8,000 nucleotides of DNA from NCBI GenBank assembly GCA_030704615.1, contig JAKLZA010000272.1, positions 1 through 8,000 on the forward strand, written 5' to 3'. Shown in pieces: positions 1-8,000 of this stretch (position 1 is its first letter; each line of letters begins with the position of its first letter). Made by a program: the position numbers and the translations under genes. Under the pieces are notes generated by a model. That model made no database searches, had not been told where the DNA came from, and saw only the letters and a list, made by a program, of their open reading frames with translations. This DNA is from Takakia lepidozioides (Eukaryota; Plantae; Bryophyta).

Positions 1-295
1 CCTAATGATTGATTGTCCACCATACTAGGTTAAACATAGGAGCCATCAAGATCAAAGGAAAGAGGAAGAAAGGATCGTTCTCCCCCAAAGATACAGATGG
101 CGTCGCTTCTTCAACTCGATTCCAATCAACTTCAAGCTTTAAAATCCATGTTAAGCGAGGACCCTCGCCTGGTCCCATCACACGCAATCAGAAACAGTTA
201 AGTTAGAGACGATGTGGAACCCCAGGTGAATCGCAGGTCTCACGCTTGTTATCGTTGTACAACATGCAATACAAAGCGGAGGCAGAAAGGAAACA

Positions 296-553
296 GAGAT
301 CAATCGAAATTCATTCGATGGCTCAACGGATGGTTGGCCATGGAAATGATTTTGGTTGGCTTTGAGACTTGGCCACTATGTTCAATGTGCCATGTAAGAC
401 GCCCCAGAGTAATATGAGATCAATCGAAATTCGTTCAACGGGCCAACGGATGGTTGCCCATCCAAATGATTTTTCGTTCGCTTCGAAGCTTGGCCGGTGT
501 GTTCAATGTACCCTCCGATACGTCCCAGTGTAATAATCGAAATTCGTTCGATT
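296..553. repeat. Internal diverged 120-bp direct sub-repeat (two full copies plus a partial third), present in every unit
   Basis: 296-415 and 416-534 both begin GAGATCAATCGAAATTC and share CAACGGATGGTTG, AAATGATTTT, CTTGGCC, TGTTCAATGT and CCCAG-GTAAT. A manual alignment gives ~25 differences in ~119 nt (~80% identity). A third partial copy, AATCGAAATTCGTTCGAT, starts at 535. Confidence 0.95.
301..358. other. Long imperfect inverted repeat / hairpin in sub-repeat copy A (homologous, weaker hairpin at 425-476)
   Basis: CAATCGAAATTCATT (301-315) pairs with AATGATTTTGGTTG (345-358) using two G-U pairs and one bulge. ATGGC-T-CAAC (318-327) pairs with GTTG-GCCAT (333-341) around a GGATG loop. 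Confidence 0.8.
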
Positions 554-606
554 GTCCGACGAGGCGTTCACTTGTCATCTGGTTTTTGTTCAGTGCGAAA
601 AAAGAA

Positions 607-648
607 ATCCTGCAATGCGTGCACGACTATTGCACCCATTGAACGGAT
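607..648. other. Imperfect inverted repeat / hairpin
   Basis: ATCC/GGAT, CAATG/CATTG and GTGCA/TGCAC pair in register around a 7-nt loop, CGACTAT (624-630). Confidence 0.7.
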
Positions 649-746
649 GTGGTTGAAGCCCCTCTTTTGCCCGCATGTGCGGAGACACAACAGACGAATA
701 AATCATTTGCCTCCCCATCGACGCGCTCCTCCCTCGAGCCATTCCA

Positions 747-787
747 CAATTTAATTGAATTTAAATTTATTTTAAGCCAGTAAATAG
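747..787. promoter_or_regulatory. AT-rich tract, candidate promoter / nucleosome-depleted or 3'-processing region (per unit)
   Basis: CAATTTAATTGAATTTAAATTTATTTTAA stands out in otherwise mixed-composition sequence. It lies ~130-160 nt upstream of CAAAAATG (ATG 909), with CCAAT at 899-903 and AATAAA at 697-702. Function is inferred only. Confidence 0.3.
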
Positions 788-924
788 GTTTGCACTGCCT
801 TTCATTGGGGGTTTCTGGCACGTATCGATTTCGTTTTCGGCTCAATTTTGTTCAGCGGCTTCCAGCATCCCACCGCTACTCCCCCGCCGGAATTCGGACC
901 AATCAAAAATGCCCCCAAAAAAGG

Positions 925-982
925 GTGTTCTCTTCGTTCACTATTGCAGAACTCTCTATGAAGAGTGCACGAAGTAGAACAC
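925..982. other. 58-nt imperfect inverted repeat / hairpin
   Basis: The left arm GTGTTCT-CTTCGTTCACTATT aligns to the reverse complement of the right arm, GTGTTCTACTTCGTGCACTCTT, with 2 mismatches and 1 bulge over ~22 bp. Confidence 0.8.
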
Positions 983-1101
983 AAATCAAGTTTGGAGTGC
1001 AAAACAGGGAAGAAACTGTGGTTTTGGGTCCAAATGAATTTGATCGCTCCCAAATTTGGCACGCACGTCAGCTGTCATATCATTGCACCATCGTCACATC
1101 A

Positions 1102-1158
1102 GTATGCCATAGGGAACAAGAGATAGTCGCCCTAATGATTGATTGTCCACCATACTAG
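1102..1158 (+). other. Putative 57-nt spliceosomal intron (repeated in each unit)
   Basis: Donor GTATGC at 1102, branch-point-like CTAAT at 1132-1136 and acceptor TAG|G at 1156-1158. Size and layout are typical of fungal introns. It contains in-frame stops relative to the downstream open frame. Confidence 0.5.
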
Positions 1159-1336
1159 GTTAAACATAGGAGCCATCAAGATCAAAGGAAAGAGGAAGAA
1201 AGGATCGTTCTCCCCCAAAGATACAGATGGCGTCGCTTCTTCAACTCGATTCCAATCAACTTCAAGCTTTAAAATCCATGTTAAGCGAGGACCCTCGCCT
1301 GGTCCCATCACACGCAATCAGAAACAGTTAAGTTAG
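1159..1336 (+). pseudogene. Putative terminal exon of a 5'-truncated gene of unknown product (..QLNIGAIKIKGKRKKGSFSPKDTDG..GPSPGPITRNQKQLS*), repeated per unit
   Basis: The open frame directly follows the putative acceptor and ends at TAG 1334-1336. The peptide is basic and Ser-rich with an NLS-like KIKGKRKK. There is no in-frame ATG in the unit and no recognised domain. It is frameshifted in the copies starting 2262 and 4523. Confidence 0.3.
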
Positions 1337-4300
1337 AGACGATGTGGAACCCCAGGTGAATCGCAGGTCTCACGCTTGTTATCGTTGTACAACATGCAAT
1401 ACAAAGCGGAGGCAGAAAGGAAACAGAGATCAATCGAAATTCATTCGATGGCTCAACGGATGGTTGGCCATGGAAATGATTTTGGTTGGCTTTGAGACTT
1501 GGCCACTATGTTCAATGTGCCATGTAAGACGCCCCAGAGTAATATGAGATCAATCGAAATTCGTTCAACGGGCCAACGGATGGTTGCCCATCCAAATGAT
1601 TTTTCGTTCGCTTCGAAGCTTGGCCGGTGTGTTCAATGTACCCTCCGATACGTCCCAGTGTAATAATCGAAATTCGTTCGATTGTCCGACGAGGCGTTCA
1701 CTTGTCATCTGGTTTTTGTTCAGTGCGAAAAAAGAAATCCTGCAATGCGTGCACGACTATTGCACCCATTGAACGGATGTGGTTGAAGCCCCTCTTTTGC
1801 CCGCATGTGCGGAGACACAACAGACGAATAAATCATTTGCCTCCCCATCGACGCGCTCCTCCCTCGAGCCATTCCACAATTTAATTGAATTTAAATTTAT
1901 TTTAAGCCAGTAAATAGGTTTGCACTGCCTTTCATTGGGGGTTTCTGGCACGTATCGATTTCGTTTTCGGCTCAATTTTGTTCAGCGGCTTCCAGCATCC
2001 CACCGCTACTCCCCCGCCGGAATTCGGACCAATCAAAAATGCCCCCAAAAAAGGGTGTTCTCTTCGTTCACTATTGCAGAACTCTCTATGAAGAGTGCAC
2101 GAAGTAGAACACAAATCAAGTTTGGAGTGCAAAACAGGGAAGAAACTGTGGTTTTGGGTCCAAATGAATTTGATCGCTCCCAAATTTGGCACGCACGTCA
2201 GCTCGTCATATCATTGCACCATCGTCACATCAGTATGCCATAGGGAACAAGAGATAGTCGCCCTAATGATTGATTGTCCACCATACTAGGTTAAACATAG
2301 GAGCCATCAAGATCAAAGGAAAGAGGAAGAAAGGATCGTTCCCCCAAAGATACAGATGGCGTCGCTTCTTCAACTCGATTCCAATCAACTTCAAGCTTTA
2401 AAATCCATGTTAAGCGAGGACCCTCGCCTGGTCCCATCACACGCAATCAGAAACAGTTAAGTTAGAGACGATGTGGAACCCCAGGTGAATCGCAGGTCTC
2501 ACGCTTGTTATCGTTGTACAACATGCAATACAAAGCAGAGGCAGAAAGGAAACAGAGATCAATCGAAATTCATTCGATGGCTCAACGGATGGTTGGCCAT
2601 GGAAATGATTTTGGTTGGCTTTGAGACTTGGCCACTATGTTCAATGTGCCATGTAAGACGCCCCAGAGTAATATGAGATCAATCGAAATTCGTTCAACGG
2701 GCCAACGGATGGTTGCCCATCCAAATGATTTTTCGTTCGCTTCGAAGCTTGGCCGGTGTGTTCAATGTACCCTCCGATACGTCCCAGTGTAATAATCGAA
2801 ATTCGTTCGATTGTCCGACGAGGCGTTCACTTGTCATCTGGTTTTTGTTCAGTGCGAAAAAAGAAATCCTGCAATGCGTGCACGACTATTGCACCCATTG
2901 AACGGATGTGGTTGAAGCCCCTCTTTTGCCCGCATGTGCGGAGACACAACAGACGAATAAATCATTTGCCTCCCCATCGACGCGCTCCTCCCTCGAGCCA
3001 TTCCACAATTTAATTGAATTTAAATTTATTTTAAGCCAGTAAATAGGTTTGCACTGCCTTTCATTGGGGGTTTCTGGCACGTATCGATTTCGTTTTCGGC
3101 TCAATTTTGTTCAGCGGCTTCCAGCATCCCACCGCTACTCCCCCGCCGGAATTCGGACCAATCAAAATGCCCCCAAAAAAGGGTGTTCTCTTCGTTCACT
3201 ATTGCAGAACTCTCTATGAAGAGTGCACGAAGTAGAACACAAATCAAGTTTGGAGTGCAAAACAGGGAAGAAACTGTGGTTTTGGGTCCAAATGAATTTT
3301 GATCGCTCCCAAATTTGGCACGCACGTCAGCTTGTCATATCATTGCACCATCGTCACATCAGTATGCCATAGGGAACAAGAGATAGTCGCCCTAATGATT
3401 GATTGTCCACCATACTAGGTTAAACATAGGAGCCATCAAGATCAAAGGAAAGAGGAAGAAAGGATCGTTCTCCCCCAAAGATACAGATGGCGTCGCTTCT
3501 TCAACTCGATTCCAATCAACTTCAAGCTTTAAAATCCATGTTAAGCGAGGACCCTCGCCTGGTCCCATCACACGCAATCAGAAACAGTTAAGTTAGAGAC
3601 GATGTGGAACCCCAGGTGAATCGCAGGTCTCACGCTTGTTATCGTTGTACAACATGCAATACAAAGCAGAGGCAGAAAGGAAACAGAGATCAATCGAAAT
3701 TCATTCGATGGCTCAACGGATGGTTGGCCATGGAAATGATTTTGGTTGGCTTTGAGACTTGGCCACTATGTTCAATGTGCCATGTAAGACGCCCCAGAGT
3801 AATATGAGATCAATCGAAATTCGTTCAACGGGCCAACGGATGGTTGCCCATCCAAATGATTTTTCGTTCGCTTCGAAGCTTGGCCGGTGTGTTCAATGTA
3901 CCCTCCGATACGTCCCAGTGTAATAATCGAAATTCGTTCGATTGTCCGACGAGGCGTTCACTTGTCATCTGGTTTTTGTTCAGTGCGAAAAAAGAAATCC
4001 TGCAATGCGTGCACGACTATTGCACCCATTGAACGGATGTGGTTGAAGCCCCTCTTTTGCCCGCATGTGCGGAGACACAACAGACGAATAAATCATTTGC
4101 CTCCCCATCGACGCGCTCCTCCCTCGAGCCATTCCACAATTTAATTGAATTTAAATTTATTTTAAGCCAGTAAATAGGTTTGCACTGCCTTTCATTGGGG
4201 GTTTCTGGCACGTATCGATTTCGTTTTCGGCTCAATTTTGTTCAGCGGCTTCCAGCATCCCACCGCTACTCCCCCGCCGGAATTCGGACCAATCAAAAAT

Positions 4301-7300
4301 GCCCCCAAAAAAGGGTGTTCTCTTCGTTCACTATTGCAGAACTCTCTATGAAGAGTGCACGAAGTAGAACACAAATCAAGTTTGGAGTGCAAAACAGGGA
4401 AGAAACTGTGGTTTTGGGTCCAAATGAATTTTGATCGCTCCCAAATTTGGCACGCACGTCAGCTTGTCATATCATTGCACCATCGTCACATCAGTATGCC
4501 ATAGGGAACAAGAGATAGTCGCCCTAATGATTGATTGTCCACCATACTAGGTTAAACATAGGAGCCATCAAGATCAAAGGAAAGAGGAAGAAAGGATCGT
4601 TCTCCCCAAAGATACAGATGGCGTCGCTTCTTCAACTCGATTCCAATCAACTTCAAGCTTTAAAATCCATGTTAAGCGAGGACCCTCGCCTGGTCCCATC
4701 ACACGCAATCAGAAACAGTTAAGTTAGAGACGATGTGGAACCCCAGGTGAATCGCAGGTCTCACGCTTGTTATCGTTGTACAACATGCAATACAAAGCAG
4801 AGGCAGAAAGGAAACAGAGATCAATCGAAATTCATTCGATGGCTCAACGGATGGTTGGCCATGGAAATGATTTTGGTTGGCTTTGAGACTTGCCACTATG
4901 TTCAATGTGCCATGTAAGACGCCCCAGAGTAATATGAGATCAATCGAAATTCGTTCAACGGGCCAACGGATGGTTGCCCATCCAAATGATTTTTCGTTCG
5001 CTTCGAAGCTTGGCCGGTGTGTTCAATGTACCCTCCGATACGTCCCAGTGTAATAATCGAAATTCGTTCGATTGTCCGACGAGGCGTTCACTTGTCATCT
5101 GGTTTTTGTTCAGTGCGAAAAAAGAAATCCTGCAATGCGTGCACGACTATTGCACCCATTGAACGGATGTGGTTGAAGCCCCTCTTTTGCCCGCATGTGC
5201 GGAGACACAACAGACGAATAAATCATTTGCCTCCCCATCGACGCGCTCCTCCCTCGAGCCATTCCACAATTTAATTGAATTTAAATTTATTTTAAGCCAG
5301 TAAATAGGTTTGCACTGCCTTTCATTGGGGGTTTCTGGCACGTATCGATTTCGTTTTCGGCTCAATTTTGTTCAGCGGCTTCCAGCATCCCACCGCTACT
5401 CCCCCGCCGGAATTCGGACCAATCAAAAATGCCCCAAAAAAAGGGTGTTCTCTTCGTTCACTATTGCAGAACTCTCTATGAAGAGTGCACGAAGTAGAAC
5501 ACAAATCAAGTTTGGAGTGCAAAACAGGGAAGAAACTGTGGTTTTGGGTCCAAATGAATTTTGATCGCTCCCAAATTTGGCACGCACGTCAGCTTGTCAT
5601 ATCATTGCACCATCGTCACATCAGTATGCCATAGGGAACAAGAGATAGTCGCCCTAATGATTGATTGTCCACCATACTAGGTTAAACATAGGAGCCATCA
5701 AGATCAAAGGAAAGAGGAAGAAAGGATCGTTCTCCCCCAAAGATACAGATGGCGTCGCTTCTTCAACTCGATTCCAATCAACTTCAAGCTTTAAAATCCA
5801 TGTTAAGCGAGGACCCTCGCCTGGTCCCATCACACGCAATCAGAAACAGTTAAGTTAGAGACGATGTGGAACCCCAGGTGAATCGCAGGTCTCACGCTTG
5901 TTATCGTTGTACAACATGCAATACAAAGCAGAGGCAGAAAGGAAACAGAGATCAATCGAAATTCATTCGATGGCTCAACGGATGGTTGGCCATGGAAATG
6001 ATTTTGGTTGGCTTTGAGACTTGGCCACTATGTTCAATGTGCCATGTAAGACGCCCCAGAGTAATATGAGATCAATCGAAATTCGTTCAACGGGCCAACG
6101 GATGGTTGCCCATCCAAATGATTTTTCGTTCGCTTCGAAGCTTGGCCGGTGTGTTCAATGTACCCTCCGATACGTCCCAGTGTAATAATCGAAATTCGTT
6201 CGATTGTCCGACGAGGCGTTCACTTGTCATCTGGTTTTGTTCAGTGCGAAAAAAGAAATCCTGCAATGCGTGCACGACTATTGCACCCATTGAACGGATG
6301 TGGTTGAAGCCCCTCTTTTGCCCGCATGTGCGGAGACACAACAGACGAATAAATCATTTGCCTCCCCATCGACGCGCTCCTCCCTCGAGCCATTCCACAA
6401 TTAATTGAATTAAATTTATTTTAAGCCAGTAAATAGGTTTGCACTGCCTTTCATTGGGGGTTTCTGGCACGTATCGATTTCGTTTTCGGCTCAATTTTGT
6501 TCAGCGGCTTCCAGCATCCCACCGCTACTCCCCCGCCGGAATTCGGACCAATCAAAAATGCCCCCAAAAAAGGGTGTTCTCTTCGTTCACTATTGCAGAA
6601 CTCTCTATGAAGAGTGCACGAAGTAGAACACAAATCAAGTTTGGAGTGCAAAACAGAAGAAACTGTGGTTTTGGGTCCAAATGAATTTTGATCGCTCCCA
6701 ATTTGGCACGCACGTCAGCTTGTCATATCATTGCACCATCGTCACATCAGTATGCCATAGGGAACAAGAGATAGTCGCCCTAATGATTGATTGTCCACCA
6801 TACTAGGTTAAACATAGGAGCCATCAAGATCAAAGGAAAGAGGAAGAAAGGATCGTTCTCCCCCAAAGATACAGATGGCGTCGCTTCTTCAACTCGATTC
6901 CAATCAACTTCAAGCTTTAAAATCCATGTTAAGCGAGGACCCTCGCCTGGTCCCATCACACGCAATCAGAAACAGTTAAGTTAGAGACGATGTGGAACCC
7001 CAGGTGAATCGCAGGTCTCACGCTTGTTATCGTTGTACAACATGCAATACAAAGCGGAGGCAGAAAGGAAACAGAGATCAATCGAAATTCATTCGATGGC
7101 TCAACGGAGCCATGGAAATGATTTGGTTGGCTTTGAGACTTGGCCACTATGTTCAATGTGCCATGTAAGACGCCCCAGAGTAATATGAGATCAATCGAAA
7201 TTCGTTCAACGGGCAACGGATGGTTGCCCATCCAAATGATTTTTCGTTCGCTTCGAAGCTTGGCGGTGTGTTCAATGTACCCTCCGATACGTCCCAGTGT

Positions 7301-7802
7301 AATAATCGAAATTCGTTCGATTGTCCGACGAGGCGTTCACTTGTCATCTGGTTGTTCAGTGCGAAAAAAGAAATCCTGCAATGCGTGCACGACTATTGCA
7401 CCCATTGAACGGATGTGGTTGAAGCCTCTTTTGCCCGCATGGCGGGGAGACACAACAGACGAATAAATCATTTGCCTCCCCATCGACGCGCTCCTCCCTC
7501 GAGCCATTCCACAATTTAATTGAATTTAAATTTATTTTAAGCCAGTAAATAGGTTGCACTGCCTTTCATGGGGGTTTCTGGCACGTATCGATTTCGTTTC
7601 GGCTCAATTTTGTTCAGCGGCTTCCAGCATCCACCGCTACCCCCCGCCGGAATTCGGACCAATCAAAAATGCCCCAAAAAAAGGGTGTTCTCTTCGTTCA
7701 CTATTGCAGAACTCTCTATGAAGAGTGCACGAAGTAGAATAGAAAACACAAATCAAGTTTGGAGTGCAAAACAGGGAAAGAAAACTGTGGTTTTGGGTCC
7801 AA

Positions 7803-7973
7803 ATGAATTTTGATTCGCTCCCAAATTTGGCACGCACGTCAGCTCGTCATATCATGCACCAAATACCAGGTGATACTTTTGAAGCAAATAAGAAGTTGAA
7901 CAAAGAGATGCCCAACCGATTGAGGAAGACGGGACTCAACTCAGATTTGCTTGCTAAAGACCTTTGCAGGGAG
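7803..7973 (+). CDS. Putative partial coding exon of unknown product spanning the array/unique junction
   Basis: An open frame crosses the junction and ends exactly at a codon boundary before a perfect donor (GAG|GTAAGT, 7974-7979). The other two + frames of the unique flank contain stops. Corrected to the array consensus it reads MNFDRSQIWHARQLVISLHQIPGDTFEANKKLNKEMPNRLRKTGLNSDLLAKDLCRE. The true start is uncertain (alternatives 7669, 7718). Confidence 0.35.
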
Positions 7974-8000
7974 GTAAGTTAACTCTTTGTTGTCCAGACA

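Larger units (their letters stand above)
1..7861. repeat. Tandem array of ~1.13-kb units (about 7 copies, left end runs off the window)
   Basis: CCTAATGATTGATTGTCC recurs at 1, 1131, 2262, 3391, 4523, 5653 and 6779 (periods 1130, 1131, 1129, 1132, 1130, 1126). Copies 1-6 differ by only a few indels or substitutions. Similarity stops after ..TGCACCA at 7861. Phased on this end, units start (TCGTCACATCAG) at 1091, 2222, 3351, 4483, 5613 and 6739. Confidence 0.99.

Noticed and set aside
20-35. Helitron 3' terminus (CTAG) and TC start at 1091
   Set aside because: There is no GC-rich hairpin just upstream of this CTAG on either strand, the hairpin at 671-682 is not followed by CTRR, and the CTAG is better explained as a splice acceptor.
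12-262. 5S rRNA or Cassandra-like resemblance (TTGTCCACCATACTAGG.., GTTAAGCG) in a ~1-kb tandem unit
   Set aside because: The fragments are too far apart for a 120-nt 5S gene, and the conserved AGTACT..GGATGGG.GACC..GGGAA block is absent.
296-553. CRISPR-like array of recurring AATCGAAATTC motifs
   Set aside because: The intervening sequences are homologous to each other and ~100 nt long rather than unique spacers, and there are no cas genes.
628-649. miR-92/miR-25 family 5' end TATTGCAC on a hairpin arm
   Set aside because: Only an 8-nt match, starting inside the loop of a hairpin too short for a canonical pre-miRNA.
214-845. Short ORFs in the track (214-417, 454-642, 497-754, 627-845 and their copies)
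   Set aside because: They mostly have non-ATG starts, overlap one another or the sub-repeat and hairpin region, show no recognisable domains, and recur only because the unit recurs.
790-880. snRNA or spliced-leader RNA gene (Sm-like AATTTTGT at 844-851 followed by an AGCGG/CCGCT stem; U5-loop-like GCCTTTCAT)
   Set aside because: It mismatches the invariant U5 loop GCCUUUUAC, and no U1/U2/U4/U6 hallmark or convincing leader-donor junction was found.
958-977. Hammerhead-like core ATGAAGAG-TGCA-CGAAGTAG (retrozyme or Penelope idea)
   Set aside because: It lacks the invariant C of CUGANGA and has GAAG instead of GAAA. No canonical core was seen on either strand.
1081-1092. LTR boundary or tRNA-Gly primer-binding site (TGGTGCA on the minus strand) at the unit breakpoint
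   Set aside because: Only 7 nt of complementarity, no TG..CA termini in the right arrangement, and no gag/pol sequence.
1-7861. Concatemer of a small plasmid, CRESS-DNA circle or Obelisk genome
   Set aside because: There is no Rep-, capsid- or Oblin-sized ORF (longest 122 aa, and not conserved across copies), the copies carry linked variants, and the array joins in frame to unique sequence with a spliceosomal donor. An amplification artefact cannot be fully excluded without reads.

Overview
The window is almost entirely (1-7861) a head-to-tail tandem array of a ~1.13-kb unit: about 7 copies, with a 1132-bp majority consensus matched by 3391-4522. The array ends abruptly at 7861 and is followed by 139 bp of unique sequence. 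No recognisable complete gene, rRNA, tRNA, snRNA or CRISPR array is present, and most ORFs in the track are short and recur only because the unit recurs. Splice-signal grammar (GTATGC..CTAAT..TAG; GAG|GTAAGT) points to a eukaryotic, possibly fungal-like, source. Phased on the array end, each unit reads as follows: 3' end of a spliced ORF, 2+ diverged 120-bp sub-repeats that each form a hairpin (one compensatory base-pair change), further hairpins, an AT-rich tract, then the 5' end of an ORF. That last ORF runs in frame into the unique flank only in the final copy. Copies fall into two classes defined by linked CpG transitions, and indel noise rises toward the right end. Gene models and the taxonomic hint are inferences, not homology-based calls.
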